Part shown: positions 1 through 10,344 of the stretch, one piece after another
How the letters are laid out: the number at the start of each line of letters is the position of its first letter
Numbering within the stretch: the first letter of the stretch is position 1
Source: an uncultured Elusimicrobium sp.
GTDB lineage: Bacteria; Elusimicrobiota; Elusimicrobia; Elusimicrobiales; Elusimicrobiaceae
Assembly: GCA_902787065.1 (NCBI GenBank)
Contig: CADAFA010000001.1
Coordinates: 1 to 58,511, forward strand
Direction of reading: 5' to 3'
Length of the DNA stretch: 58,511 nt
The notes under the pieces: model-generated
What the model was told of the DNA's origin: nothing
Databases searched by the model: none
What the model saw: the letters and a program-made list of their open reading frames with translations, nothing else
Made by a program: the position numbers and the translations under genes

Positions 1-23
1 AAACAACCCAAATTAATGATGAG

Positions 24-1199
24 ATGACGATGGACCAGTTGTTTGCCCAACAAGACGAAATGCAGGACAAATTGAATAAGAAGGAAATCGTGGAAGTTAC
101 TGTTGTCCAAGTTTCACAGGATAATGTCTTGGTTGATATAGGCAGCAAAAAAGAGGGCCTTATTCCTTTGAGTGATTTTGAAGGAAAAGAAGTTCCCACT
201 GTTGGTTCCACAGTTACCGCAGTCTTAGTTAAAAAAGGCGGTGATGAACGCCATAGCATCTTATCACATAAAAAAGCCATAGAATCTTTAGGTTGGGCAC
301 GTTGTAAGGAAGCCTTTGATGCTAAACAAAGAGTTCGGGGTTTAATTACCGCTTGCGTAAAAGGCGGTTATAAAGTGGAAGTAAACGGTGTACCGGGGTT
401 TATGCCCCTCTCATTATCTGAGTTGCATACCGCTTATAAACATTACCTTCCAAAAGGTGCAAAAATTAAAGCTTTAATTGCTGAATTTGCTAAAGAAAAA
501 CAAAAACTCATTATTTCAAGAAAACAAGTTTTAGAAGAAGATGAAGCCGTCCGCCGTGCTGAAGTTTTAAAAGAAATAAAAGTCGGTGATACTTTAAGAG
601 TTGTAGTTTCAAAAGTCGGTAAAGATTGTCTTCATTTGCGCTTTCACGGAATTGAAGGTTTAGTCAGCCTTGAAAATATTGCATGGAAAGACCCTCAAGT
701 CATACTTGAAAATTACAGACGCGGCCAACGCATAAAAGCTAAAATTTTAGCTATTGACCCGGAAACCGGCAATTTAACTTTCGGTATTAAACAACTTTTC
801 TTAAACCCTGCCGATATGTTAAAAAGGCGCTATCCTTATATGAGCACTACAAAAGCTACAATTACCAAAGTTACCCCAGAAGGTTTGGAAGTTGAACTCG
901 GTACTAAAAACAAAACCAAAGGTTATATTGCTGCACAAGAATATACTGAAGGTTTTGAAGGTAAAGTCGGTGATACTGTTTCAGTAGCAGTTATCGGTAT
1001 AGATGGGGCAAATTATGTGGTCAATCTTTCAATAAGACGTTTTGACCAAGTTCAAAATAGGAAAGTTGTTGCTCAATACTTAAAGCAGGCTCCGCGCCCG
1101 ACTTTAGGACAGCTTTTACAAGGTTCTTTTGAAGAAGAATCCGAAGAAGACGAAGAAGAAACAAAAACTGCCGAAGGCGCAAAGCCCGAGGTTAAATAA
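24..1199 (+). CDS. rpsA: S1 RNA-binding domain protein (ribosomal protein S1-like, about four S1 repeats, acidic C-terminal tail)
   Basis: Repeated S1-type segments (VVQVSQDNVLVDIGSKKEGLIPLSDF; GLITACVKGGYKVEVNGVPGFMPLSEL; VVVSKVGKDCLHLRFHGIEGLVSLENI; AKILAIDPETGNLTFGIKQ). The frame is open to the window edge, so the true start could lie upstream. Confidence 0.75.
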   Translation: MTMDQLFAQQDEMQDKLNKKEIVEVTVVQVSQDNVLVDIGSKKEGLIPLSDFEGKEVPTVGSTVTAVLVKKGGDERHSILSHKKAIESLGWARCKEAFDAKQRVRGLITACVKGGYKVEVNGVPGFMPLSLSELHTAYKHYLPKGAKIKALIAEFAKEKQKLIISRKQVLEEDEAVRRAEVLKEIKVGDTLRVVVSKVGKDCLHLRFHGIEGLVSLENIAWKDPQVILENYRRGQRIKAKILAIDPETGNLTFGIKQLFLNPADMLKRRYPYMSTTKATITKVTPEGLEVELGTKNKTKGYIAAQEYTEGFEGKVGDTVSVAVIGIDGANYVVNLSIRRFDQVQNRKVVAQYLKQAPRPTLGQLLQGSFEEESEEDEEETKTAEGAKPEVK

Positions 1200-1210
1200 G
1201 GAGTTTTATT

Positions 1211-1966
1211 ATGGGTGGACATTCACATTGGGCAGGTATTAAACACAAAAAAGCCTTGGTAGATGCCAAAAAAGGTAAAGTTTTTACAAAACTTATTAGG
1301 GAAATTACCATTGCCGCAAAAATCGGCGGCGCAGACCTTGGCAGTAATGCCCGTTTACGCAAAGCTGTTGATGACGCAAAAGCAGCCAACATGCCTGCCG
1401 AAAACGTAAAACGTGCAATTATGAAAGGGACAGGGCAACTCCCCGGTACAGTTTATGAAGAGATAACTTATGAAGGTTACGGGCCCAATTCTGTTGCTGT
1501 TATCGTTGAGTGTACAACGGATAATAAAAACAGAACTTTTGCCGAAATACGCAAAATCTTCCAAAATCATGGCGGTGCGATAGGTACCTCCGGCTGCGTT
1601 TCTTATATGTTTAGCAAAAAAGGTGTTATTTTAGTTAGCAAAGAAGATGCCAGCGAAGAAACTTTAATGGACGTTGCTTTAGAAGCCGGTGCTGAAGATA
1701 TTAAAACATCAGCAGAAGGTTTTGAAGTAATAACCGCACCTGAAACTTTTGAAGCAGTTAAAACTGCTTTAGAAGGTAAAAATATTAAACTTGCTTCTGC
1801 TGAAATTACAATGTTACCTTCTAACGAAGTGGAAATTACGGATGCGGAAGCAGCCTCAAAAATCGTACGTTTGATTGAAACCTTAGATGAACATGACGAT
1901 ACAAAAGAGGTTTACTCTAATGATAAAATCTCCGATGAGGTTTTAGCAAAAATTGAAGAAAAATAG
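1211..1966 (+). CDS. yebC: YebC/PmpR-family transcriptional regulator
   Basis: N-terminus MGGHSHWAGIKHKKALVDAKKGKVFTKLIREITIAAK is the family signature. GGAG RBS 7 nt upstream. Followed by ruvC, the usual arrangement. Confidence 0.9.
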   Translation: MGGHSHWAGIKHKKALVDAKKGKVFTKLIREITIAAKIGGADLGSNARLRKAVDDAKAANMPAENVKRAIMKGTGQLPGTVYEEITYEGYGPNSVAVIVECTTDNKNRTFAEIRKIFQNHGGAIGTSGCVSYMFSKKGVILVSKEDASEETLMDVALEAGAEDIKTSAEGFEVITAPETFEAVKTALEGKNIKLASAEITMLPSNEVEITDAEAASKIVRLIETLDEHDDTKEVYSNDKISDEVLAKIEEK

Positions 1967-2516
1967 AGTTTTGGGTATCGACCCTGGTTTAGACAGAACC
2001 GGTTGGGCTATTGTTGAAAATGGCCCAACCGGGGCTTTTTTGGTAGCAGCAGGGTTAATACATACAGACAAAGATTTGCCCTTCCAAATACGCCTTAAAC
2101 AAACTTACGAAGAAATACAAAAAGTAATAAAAGAATTTAACCCGGAAGTTGCCGCCCTTGAAGCCATGTTTTTTTTAAAACGCGCAATGACAATGTCGCA
2201 TACAATTCAAACACGCGGTGTAATAGTTCTTGCTATGGCTCAAAATAATTTAGAAGTTTTTGAATATCCGGCAAAACGTGTTAAATTAACGATAAGCGGG
2301 AGCGGTGCCGCAGATAAAAAACAAATGCAACGCATGGTGCAACTTACGCTAAAATTAAAAGAAGTTTTAAACCCTGATGACGTAGCAGATGCCGCCGCAA
2401 TTGCTTTATGCCATTTAAAATCTGCCCCCCTTCAAGCACAGATTAAAATCAAGCAAGATTTTTTAGCCCGCTTAGCACAAGCAAAACAAGCACAAATTAA
2501 AAAAATTACCAAATAA
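1953..2516 (+). CDS. ruvC: Holliday junction resolvase RuvC
   Basis: VLGIDPGLDRTGWAIVE N-terminal catalytic Asp motif and C-terminal DVADAAAIALCHL motif. TTG start overlapping the yebC stop. Confidence 0.9.
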   Translation: MKKNRVLGIDPGLDRTGWAIVENGPTGAFLVAAGLIHTDKDLPFQIRLKQTYEEIQKVIKEFNPEVAALEAMFFLKRAMTMSHTIQTRGVIVLAMAQNNLEVFEYPAKRVKLTISGSGAADKKQMQRMVQLTLKLKEVLNPDDVADAAAIALCHLKSAPLQAQIKIKQDFLARLAQAKQAQIKKITK

Positions 2517-2536
2517 CAATCAGGAATATTTTTAAA

Positions 2537-2608
<72 letters not shown>

Positions 2609-3129
2609 ATGAACAAAAAAGCTTTTACTTTACTTGAATTATTGATAGTTGTATTAATTATAGGAATTTTAGCGGCAATTGCTTTGCCGCAGTATCAAAT
2701 GGCAATAGGCAGGTCTAAATTTGCTACTTTAAAAGAATTTACCAGAAGTTTGGGGGAAGCAAGAAACCGCTATTTTTTAACTCATAGCAAATACCCAACT
2801 TCTGTAAAAGATTTAGATATAGATATTAATGTAACAAGTGAGATCTACTCGCCAAAGGCTCATATCCGATTTATGCTGTACAAAATATTTATTGTATGAT
2901 TTGGCTTTCTGATTCTTTTCACTCTGCAGCTGCTTGTGAAAAAAATATCTTTGGTAAAAGAATTGTTTTTTATGTTAAACAGGATGGAACTTCGCCAAAA
3001 AGATGTTTAGTATATAGCGAGAATAAAAAAGATAAAGCTAATCAACTATGCGCAAAAGAAACAAATAAAAAATCAGCATCCGGTTGTGCAGATGAGGGTG
3101 AAGGACAGTATTGCCAATATATGTATTAA
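2609..3129 (+). pseudogene. Prepilin-type N-terminal methylation-domain protein (pilin-like paralog), frameshifted
   Basis: MNKKAFTLLELLIVVLIIGILAAIALPQY class III signal/alpha-helix. The frame breaks between about 2842 and 2897. The +1 frame continues (..GSYPIYAVQNIYCMIWLSDS..) into ORF 2896-3129, whose Cys-rich C-terminus (NQLCAKETNKK) parallels paralog 37649-38128 (NRLCQNETGKK). Confidence 0.6.
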
Positions 3130-3191
3130 AGTCTATCTATAATACTTAACGGGCAAAAAAAATATAAACTATAAATTTTCCTCTCCCCCTC

Positions 3192-3220
3192 TTGTCAATT
3201 CGCTAATATTGTCTTATAAT
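3192..3220 (+). promoter_or_regulatory. Sigma70-type promoter TTGTCA-N17-TATAAT
   Basis: TTGTCA 3192-3197, 17-nt spacer, TATAAT 3215-3220. This implies a TSS near 3227, so the ORF-track start at 3209 is unlikely. Confidence 0.55.
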
Positions 3221-3253
3221 ATTATAAGATACGCCTATATCATTGGAGAATTT

Positions 3254-5251
3254 ATGCAATTTAGAAAGTTGTTTGATTTCAAAAATATTTCGCGTTTTAT
3301 TACATTGGCAATTGTAATTTTTCTGTTCTTACCTCTGATATTCCCGGAAAAAAATGAATTTAAAATAATAAATAAAGAAAGTGTATATTCCCGTGAAGAA
3401 AGCCCTTTGCCCGTTTTCCCTAAAGAAAATTTGCTTGATAAATATGTAAATAAACTAAAAAAATTCTATAAAATGGATGTGCCTGTTTTTGCTTCGGCAA
3501 AACAAAACAATGAACAAGAAAAAACATTATTTTTAACACCGGAAGAAAAAATAAGAAAGAGTAAAGAAAATGCAAAAGAAAATATTGATATAAACGCAGA
3601 AGATTTATTCTTTTCCGCTTATCTTAACGACGATGAAATTGAAATAAATACCGCCCAAGCAGAGCAACAAGACAACTCCGTTAACTTACAAAAAGGAACT
3701 GTTTTAACAAAAGACGGTTTAGTTTTAGAACCAACCAAAGATGGCTATTATTATAAAGGTAAATTTTATAAAAACGGTACATATCCCCAAAATGCCAACA
3801 GAAATCTTATAGAAGGCGCTTTAAACAGATATCACTCCCGTATTGCAAAGAATTTAGGTAAAAAAGCCCTGTATTTTGCCGATGAACAAGGTAATTTAAC
3901 AGTATCCTATGTTGATGAATTACCCAGTGAAATTTCAACCGATATTGATACATATTTGGCCCAAAACCCTGTACAACCTTCAAATAATCTAAAACAAGAA
4001 ACTTCTTACTATAACAGTCATAGTGATAAAAAACAATATGATAAATATCAAAATGCAAAAATAAATAGTAAGGGGCAAGATTTTGTTGATACTGCAGATA
4101 TTGCTCTTGCCTCAATAAGAAGCATGCACGCAGCATATAATTTGATGCACACTAAAATAAAAGAAGGCCAATTAGGCCAAGGTTTAATACCAAATCCTAA
4201 CAATTTAATTCCTTTAGGAAACATCATTTTAAACCAAACTGCCATAGCAGAACCCCCGATAGAAAACCCAGAAAACAGTATTTATTGTCAAGGTGATGAA
4301 TGTAAAAATTCCTACAGAATAGCGCCGCTGATTGCCAATGATGAATATGGGGTACAGTCCTCCGATTTAGACTTATTTTACTCCTCTCTTTGTAACGAAG
4401 ATAAAGAAAAAATACAAGAGGGAGAACAAAATTGTCCCTACACCTTTGCCTATAATGACAATAGCAATAATGATAAACCTTTTAATTTAGATATAACTAA
4501 TAAAGACAACTTGGAACTACTAAAAGAAGACCTTTCTAACAGTGATAAAAAAATTGTAGAAATTACCTATATACATCCTAATAAAGAAAATGAGGAACTA
4601 CTCTCCTCCTTGCAAGAAATGTCTTTAACAAATAAAGACGGAGAAACAGTGGAAATCAAATTACGAGGCTTTGAGGCAATACAAGATAATGCTTCTTTTG
4701 GGGATAAAATAGTTGGTCCTTTTAAATCTAATATTACCAAAGATTTGGCCTCAGAAAATAATGAGATATCATACAAAGCCTTGGTTAATAAATACAATAA
4801 AGTTAATGAAGAAACACAAACAAAAATAAACGAAACAATAGATAACCTTTATTATAAAGAATTATATCCGGATTTAAATCTCAATCTCCCCACCGCCTTT
4901 GTGGAAAAAGATACAGAAGATGGTTATTTTATAATTAATAATTCGGAAATACCAAAAGGCTATATAAGTGAAATCCCTCAATGGGCAAAGTATAAACAGG
5001 AAAACGGTTCTTATAAAGTGCCTAAAAACATTTTATTTAACCCCCCTGCAGATTTGGCAATTATTGCAGTTCAAAACGAGAAAAACAGGGATATAGTTTT
5101 ACAAGACGGGCACCCCATAGGTGTTATTTCCAAAGAAAATTTACAAAACAGAAATTTTAAAAATGTAAGTTCTAACTTGCTTTACATAGCTAATATACAA
5201 ATTAACACAATCAAACATAATGCTGATAAAGCTGTGCAAGAACAAAATTAA
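3254..5251 (+). CDS. Hypothetical membrane-anchored Asn/Lys/Glu-rich protein (about 665 aa)
   Basis: ATG at 3254 preceded by GGAGAA. N-terminal hydrophobic segment ISRFITLAIVIFLFLPLIF. No recognisable catalytic motif. Confidence 0.6.
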   Translation: MQFRKLFDFKNISRFITLAIVIFLFLPLIFPEKNEFKIINKESVYSREESPLPVFPKENLLDKYVNKLKKFYKMDVPVFASAKQNNEQEKTLFLTPEEKIRKSKENAKENIDINAEDLFFSAYLNDDEIEINTAQAEQQDNSVNLQKGTVLTKDGLVLEPTKDGYYYKGKFYKNGTYPQNANRNLIEGALNRYHSRIAKNLGKKALYFADEQGNLTVSYVDELPSEISTDIDTYLAQNPVQPSNNLKQETSYYNSHSDKKQYDKYQNAKINSKGQDFVDTADIALASIRSMHAAYNLMHTKIKEGQLGQGLIPNPNNLIPLGNIILNQTAIAEPPIENPENSIYCQGDECKNSYRIAPLIANDEYGVQSSDLDLFYSSLCNEDKEKIQEGEQNCPYTFAYNDNSNNDKPFNLDITNKDNLELLKEDLSNSDKKIVEITYIHPNKENEELLSSLQEMSLTNKDGETVEIKLRGFEAIQDNASFGDKIVGPFKSNITKDLASENNEISYKALVNKYNKVNEETQTKINETIDNLYYKELYPDLNLNLPTAFVEKDTEDGYFIINNSEIPKGYISEIPQWAKYKQENGSYKVPKNILFNPPADLAIIAVQNEKNRDIVLQDGHPIGVISKENLQNRNFKNVSSNLLYIANIQINTIKHNADKAVQEQN

Positions 5252-5268
5252 AACAATTAGGAAAGTTT

Positions 5269-6729
5269 ATGTCATTAAATTTAAAAAAACAATTTTTAAC
5301 AGAACCAAAAATAAAAAGTTTTTCCTCGGAAAAACAAGCAGAATTGTATACTTATTTTCTTAAAAATTTATCGTTAAAATTACATAAATTTTATAAAGGC
5401 AAATTAAAAACCCAAGTTAAAGTTCCGCTTAATGACAAAGACCTCTTTGACCTTTGGTATACACCGGGGGTATCAGGTGTATCTGTTGAAACAAAACAAG
5501 ACCAACAAAATTCCTTTTTATATACAAACCGGGCGAACAGGGTGGCTATCGTAACAGATAGTACCCGTGTTTTAGGTGACGGAGATTGCGGCCCAAGCGG
5601 CGGTCTTGGCGTTATGGAAGGTAAAGCTTTACTTATGAACTATTTAGGTGGCCTTGAAGCAGTACCTTTATGCATTGATAACCGTGATGAACTAGGCAGA
5701 AAAAGTGTTAAAAAGTTAATAGATTTTGTTACAATGATAGCCCCTAGTTTCGGTGCTATAAACTTGGAAGATATAAGCCAGCCGAATTGTTTTTTAGCCC
5801 TTGAAGATTTGCGTAAAAATTGTCATATCCCTGTTTGGCACGACGATGCGCAGGGCACCGCTTGCATAATAATTGCTGCACTTATCAATGCTTTAAAACT
5901 TGTAAACAAAAAAATAGAAAATGTAAAAATTGTTTTAATTGGTGCAGGGGCGGCAAATACAAGTGTAGCAAGATTTTTGCTCTTAAGCGGTGTAAACCCA
6001 AAAAATTTGATTATGTTTGACAGTGTAGGGGCTTTAAGCAGGAAACGTCAAGACCTAAAATCAAACCCCACTGCTTTTATTCAATGGGAACTTTGCAAGA
6101 AAACTAATTTAAACCAAGTACAAACAAAAGAAAAGGCTTTCAAAAACGCTGATGTAGTTATTGCCCTGTCAAAACCGGGCCCCAATACTTTTGACCCAAA
6201 ATTAATTTCTACCATGGCCTCAAAACCCATAACATTTTTGTGCGCCAACCCTGTACCAGAAATTTACCCGGAAGTCGCCAAAGAACAAGGCGCTTATATT
6301 GTTGCAACAGGCCGGGGTGATTATCCTAATCAAGTTAATAATTCTTTATGTTTCCCAAGCATTTTAAAAGGTGCTATGCTTTGCCGTGCAAAAACTATTA
6401 CTGATACTATGGCCCTTGCTGCCGCAAAAGCAATAGCAAAAAGAGCGCAAGATTTAGGTTTAAAACCCAACTTTATTTTACCTTCAATGCAAGACAATGA
6501 ACTTTACCCCTTGACGGCAAAAGCAATAGCAGCCCAAGCAATAAAAGAAAATATAAATCAGATTAAAATTACCCCAGCAGAAGTTTATAAAACAGTTAAA
6601 CAAGATATTTTACAAAATCAAAAAGAACTAGAATTTCTGACACAAAATAAATTTATCAAAAAATTCCCTAAAGAACTGATAACAAAATCTTTAAAGGAAA
6701 CCATTACTTATGCGTGTAATAAAAAATAG
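5269..6729 (+). CDS. NAD(P)-dependent malic enzyme (short type, no PTA domain)
   Basis: Motifs YTPGV, VLGDGDCGPSGGLGVMEGKALL, AINLEDISQPNCF, HDDAQGTA and GAGAAN Rossmann loop. Confidence 0.85.
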   Translation: MSLNLKKQFLTEPKIKSFSSEKQAELYTYFLKNLSLKLHKFYKGKLKTQVKVPLNDKDLFDLWYTPGVSGVSVETKQDQQNSFLYTNRANRVAIVTDSTRVLGDGDCGPSGGLGVMEGKALLMNYLGGLEAVPLCIDNRDELGRKSVKKLIDFVTMIAPSFGAINLEDISQPNCFLALEDLRKNCHIPVWHDDAQGTACIIIAALINALKLVNKKIENVKIVLIGAGAANTSVARFLLLSGVNPKNLIMFDSVGALSRKRQDLKSNPTAFIQWELCKKTNLNQVQTKEKAFKNADVVIALSKPGPNTFDPKLISTMASKPITFLCANPVPEIYPEVAKEQGAYIVATGRGDYPNQVNNSLCFPSILKGAMLCRAKTITDTMALAAAKAIAKRAQDLGLKPNFILPSMQDNELYPLTAKAIAAQAIKENINQIKITPAEVYKTVKQDILQNQKELEFLTQNKFIKKFPKELITKSLKETITYACNKK

Positions 6730-7543
6730 CTTTATTGCCGATACCGTTGCTGAATTATGCAAAAAAGCTGCCTACACTTTGCCGCAGGATATTATCAACT
6801 CTTTACTCTTTGCTAAACAAAAAGAAAAAGGCCTTGCAAAAAAAATTATTGAACTTACTTTGAAAAATGCCCAAATTGCAGGTGAAGGAACTTTCCCCCT
6901 CTGCCAAGATACAGGTACTGCTGTTTTATTCGTGGAAATAGGGCAAAAAGTACAAATTGAAGGTTCCTTAGAAAAAGCTTTACAAGACGGAATAAAAAAA
7001 GGATTTAAGGAAAATTATTTAAGAAAGTCCATAGTTTCCGAACCTCTTTTTGAAAGAAAAAATACAAAAACAAATACCCCTGCAATAATTCACTATAAAA
7101 TAGTTGAGGGCAGTAAACTAAAAATAACCTTAATGCTTAAAGGCGGAGGAGCAGAAAATAAAAGCCAAATAAAAATGTTTAACCCGACCTCCACTAAAAC
7201 AGAAATTCTTGATTTTGTTTTACAGGTAATAAAAACGGCCGGGGCAAGTGCTTGCCCTCCGTTTATAGTAGGCATCGGTCTTGGCGGTAATTTTGAAATT
7301 GCCCCCTTGTTGGCAAAAAAAGCTTTACTTCGAAATAAACCAAACAAAAATTTAAATTACAAAAAATTTGAACAGGAAATTTTAACAAAAATAAACAAAA
7401 CAAATATTGGCCCTCAAGGTTTTGGCGGTAAAATAACCGCTTTAAAGGTTTATATAGAATATGCTCCTTGTCATATTGCCAGCCTGCCTTGTGCGGTAAA
7501 TATTTGTTGCCATTCCTCAAGACATGCGGAGGCTCTTTTATGA
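6710..7543 (+). CDS. fumA: Class I (Fe-S) fumarate hydratase, alpha subunit (tartrate dehydratase alpha is the alternative)
   Basis: CQDTGTAVLFVEIGQ motif and Cys residues near the C-terminus. Adjacent beta subunit and malic enzyme. Confidence 0.75.
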   Translation: MRVIKNSFIADTVAELCKKAAYTLPQDIINSLLFAKQKEKGLAKKIIELTLKNAQIAGEGTFPLCQDTGTAVLFVEIGQKVQIEGSLEKALQDGIKKGFKENYLRKSIVSEPLFERKNTKTNTPAIIHYKIVEGSKLKITLMLKGGGAENKSQIKMFNPTSTKTEILDFVLQVIKTAGASACPPFIVGIGLGGNFEIAPLLAKKALLRNKPNKNLNYKKFEQEILTKINKTNIGPQGFGGKITALKVYIEYAPCHIASLPCAVNICCHSSRHAEALL

Positions 7544-8061
7544 AAAGCCAACACTTAACTGGGCAAAATCTTAACGAACTTAAAAAATTAAAAACAAAGG
7601 ATTTTATCTTTTTATCTTCCTCCGTATATGTTTTACGAGATATGGCCCATAAAAAATTGTTACAGGAAAAAGTTTTGCCTCTTAATTTAAAAAATAAAAT
7701 AATTTATTATGCCGGCCCTTCCCCAAAGAAAAAAGGCCAAACAAGCGGTGCATTAGGCCCAACTACAAGTTCAAGAATGGATAAATTTTGTAAGAAATTT
7801 ATCGAAAAAACAGGTATAATTGGTATTATAGGAAAGGGCTCACGTTCTAAAGAAGCAAACGCTTGCATGAAGGGTAAAGTTGTTTACTTAGCTGCCCTCG
7901 GAGGACTCGGAGCGCTAGGCGGAAGCAGGGTAAAAAATAGTAAAATTATATTATACCCTGAACTTGGGCCTGAAGCGGTATATGAGGTTCAGTTTGATAA
8001 ATTACCCTTGATTGTCGCCCAAGATTTAAAAGGAAATAATATTTACGGAGAATGTAAATGA
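7540..8061 (+). CDS. fumB: Class I fumarate hydratase, beta subunit
   Basis: GPTTSSRMD motif. ATG at 7540 forms an ATGA overlap with the alpha-subunit stop. The ORF-track start at 7468 lies inside the alpha gene. Confidence 0.75.
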   Translation: MKSQHLTGQNLNELKKLKTKDFIFLSSSVYVLRDMAHKKLLQEKVLPLNLKNKIIYYAGPSPKKKGQTSGALGPTTSSRMDKFCKKFIEKTGIIGIIGKGSRSKEANACMKGKVVYLAALGGLGALGGSRVKNSKIILYPELGPEAVYEVQFDKLPLIVAQDLKGNNIYGECK

Positions 8062-8609
8062 AAAAGTTTATTTTACCAATTTTGTTTTGTTTTGTTATAA
8101 TCGGTTTCTGCGGTTGTGCCCATAAAGAACCTTACAACAGAAATCCCAATATATCCTATGAAAAGAAATTAAGGCGCTATGCTTTCTCCCCTTTCATGTA
8201 TGAAGAAAAATTTTATGCTTACTATGCCCCTACAACAAGAGTTTCAGGGCCGGATAAAGACGGTAATTATCGTTTAAAATTTGCAACCGGGCCAAGGGCT
8301 GGCGAAGAAATTAAAACAAAAAACGTCATACTCAATACGTATGAGTCTAACGGCTATGATTTAAAAAAAGGTATGGTGGTTTTGGTTAACCACTTCAACC
8401 CCAAAGTACATGATGAAAACGCAAGAATAGATACTTGGCGATTAGCTGTGGTTTACAGTTTGCAAAATCTAGATAATAATATAGTTATAGTGGAATTACC
8501 TCATGATAAAAATGATTTTGCTGCCCAAAAAGAAGCCTATTATCTAAAAAATGTACGTGTAATAACAAAGCCGGATAATATTAGGGATATCCGCAATTTT
8601 ATTTATTAA
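8058..8609 (+). CDS. Hypothetical lipoprotein
   Basis: Signal peptide with lipobox-like IIGFCGC. ATGA overlap with the upstream gene. Confidence 0.6.
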   Translation: MKKFILPILFCFVIIGFCGCAHKEPYNRNPNISYEKKLRRYAFSPFMYEEKFYAYYAPTTRVSGPDKDGNYRLKFATGPRAGEEIKTKNVILNTYESNGYDLKKGMVVLVNHFNPKVHDENARIDTWRLAVVYSLQNLDNNIVIVELPHDKNDFAAQKEAYYLKNVRVITKPDNIRDIRNFIY

Positions 8610-8622
8610 TATAAGGTGATCA

Positions 8623-9048
8623 ATGGAAAAGTTAACAAGAAAAACAATTTTTATTAAAAAGGATTTACAAGTAAAATTTATCTTGTTTATCCTTTTATCC
8701 GTATTATTTGGCATGGTTTTGTTTGGGTATCAATTCCTTACTTTCTTACAAGATATTTTTAAAGATCACCCCACATTACTACAACGTGTGTACGAGGAAG
8801 GCCCAAAATTAATTTACCCTTTAATTATAAAAAGTACTATATTTTTTGCTTTACTTGCGATGGTATCCGCGTTGCTTTCACACCGTATAGCCGGGCCCAT
8901 ATACCATATTGAAAGAATTTGCCGTGAAATTAAAAAAGGTGATAAACAAGCCCGTGTCAGACTACGCCAAGGAGATGCCTTGGCTGATTTAGCAGAAGAG
9001 TTTAATTCTATGTTAGATACCATCACAAAGGAGGAGGATAAAAAATGA
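8623..9048 (+). CDS. Small membrane protein with HAMP-like linker
   Basis: Two hydrophobic segments followed by HRIAGPIYHIERICREIKKGD....LADLAEEFNSMLDTI, a HAMP-like amphipathic pattern. Confidence 0.45.
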   Translation: MEKLTRKTIFIKKDLQVKFILFILLSVLFGMVLFGYQFLTFLQDIFKDHPTLLQRVYEEGPKLIYPLIIKSTIFFALLAMVSALLSHRIAGPIYHIERICREIKKGDKQARVRLRQGDALADLAEEFNSMLDTITKEEDKK

Positions 9049-10343
9049 AAAAATTTTATTGTTTTGTTTTTTTATTTTTTTCTCTTTCAGTTCTTACCCA
9101 AGCCCAACAATACCGTTTGAAATATTCTACAGATGAAAGCAGACCATTATCTTTGGAAAATGTTATTCGTTTATCAATCGAAAACAGCTATGATTTGCTT
9201 TTAATTGAACAAGATTTAATTATCTCCCAACAACGTATAAAAGAGGCAAAGTTTTTATATTTTCCCCAATTTAGTCTAAATGGTTCCGCAACTGCCTATA
9301 ATTTAGATTACCCCATAATTTTACCTGAAATGATAGGACAACGCATATTAATGCCTGATTCAAATCACAGAAAAGAGGATTTATTTTATGGTGTAGGAAT
9401 TACGGCAGTCCAATATATATACGGAGGCGGAAGGATTTCGAGCACTTTAGACTTAGCCCGCGCTTCAAACAAAGAAATACAAAGCCGTTATCAAAATGCA
9501 AAAAATACCGTAATATATGAAGCTAAAAAAGCATTCTATGAATATTTGTATGCGCAAGAAAAAAATAAACTTGCCAAAGAGGTATTAAACCAAGCAAAAC
9601 AAATTGCCAGAACTAGGGAGTTAAACCAAGTACAGAAAATTTTAGTATCTGCTGAGATATCTTCCTTAGAAAGTATTACTTCTAAAGCAAAAGCTGATTT
9701 AAATAAAGCAAAAATAAAACTTTTAAAAGTCCTAAATAAAGAACTTAACAGCGAAGTTTCATTTGAAGGATCTTTAGATTATATCCCTCTTGAAACTGAC
9801 TTAAAAAAATTAAACTTATGGGCAATGGAGTTTCGTCCTGAAGTTAAAAGTGCAATGTATAAACTGGAAATGGATAATATTGCAGTTAAGTTATCTTTAA
9901 CCCGAAGTTATCCGGATATTTTACTCGGTGCTTCTTATGACAGGCAAGGCGTGGATAATTTAAAACAAGAAAATATGCAGTTAAGTTTGGCGGTAAAATT
10001 ACCTCTTGGCTACGATTATACAACCCAAATAAAACAAAAAAGGGCGGAACAACGTCAAACAGTTTTAAGGCAGGCTGCAATAGAAGATTCTGTAAGAATG
10101 CAAGTTTTGGAAGCCTATAACAATTTAGTTTATTGGCAAGAAGAAGCCCCGGCCCGTATTAAAACCTGGGAAACGATTAAAACCCAATTTCAAGATTTTA
10201 TGAAAACAAAATCAAATTTTAAAGATACTTTTGAATCTTTGAATTATTACTATCAGGCAGGGGTTAAAAATATCGAAGCAAAAAAAGAACATCTTGAAGC
10301 CATTGCCAATCTTGAAAATGCGGTAGGAAAAGATTTAAAATAA
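9045..10343 (+). CDS. TolC-family outer membrane efflux protein
   Basis: Signal peptide, 432 aa, two-fold repeated coiled-coil/beta pattern typical of OEP proteins (LSLENVIRLSIENSYDLL start). Confidence 0.65.
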   Translation: MKKFYCFVFLFFSLSVLTQAQQYRLKYSTDESRPLSLENVIRLSIENSYDLLLIEQDLIISQQRIKEAKFLYFPQFSLNGSATAYNLDYPIILPEMIGQRILMPDSNHRKEDLFYGVGITAVQYIYGGGRISSTLDLARASNKEIQSRYQNAKNTVIYEAKKAFYEYLYAQEKNKLAKEVLNQAKQIARTRELNQVQKILVSAEISSLESITSKAKADLNKAKIKLLKVLNKELNSEVSFEGSLDYIPLETDLKKLNLWAMEFRPEVKSAMYKLEMDNIAVKLSLTRSYPDILLGASYDRQGVDNLKQENMQLSLAVKLPLGYDYTTQIKQKRAEQRQTVLRQAAIEDSVRMQVLEAYNNLVYWQEEAPARIKTWETIKTQFQDFMKTKSNFKDTFESLNYYYQAGVKNIEAKKEHLEAIANLENAVGKDLK

Positions 10344-10344
10344 A

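Noticed and set aside
2842-2899. Programmed frameshift in pilin paralog 2609-3129
   Set aside because: There is no slippery homopolymer or heptamer at the frame junction, and the promoter of this copy is also degenerate. A pseudogene or a sequencing error is more parsimonious.
3209-3253. ORF-track start at 3209 for the 680-aa protein
   Set aside because: It falls within the TTGTCA-N17-TATAAT promoter (3192-3220). The ATG at 3254 has a GGAGAA RBS and immediately precedes the membrane anchor.
7468-7539. Upstream extension of the fumarase beta-subunit ORF
   Set aside because: The extension lies inside the alpha-subunit gene. The ATG at 7540 gives the classical ATGA stop/start overlap and an N-terminus of normal length.
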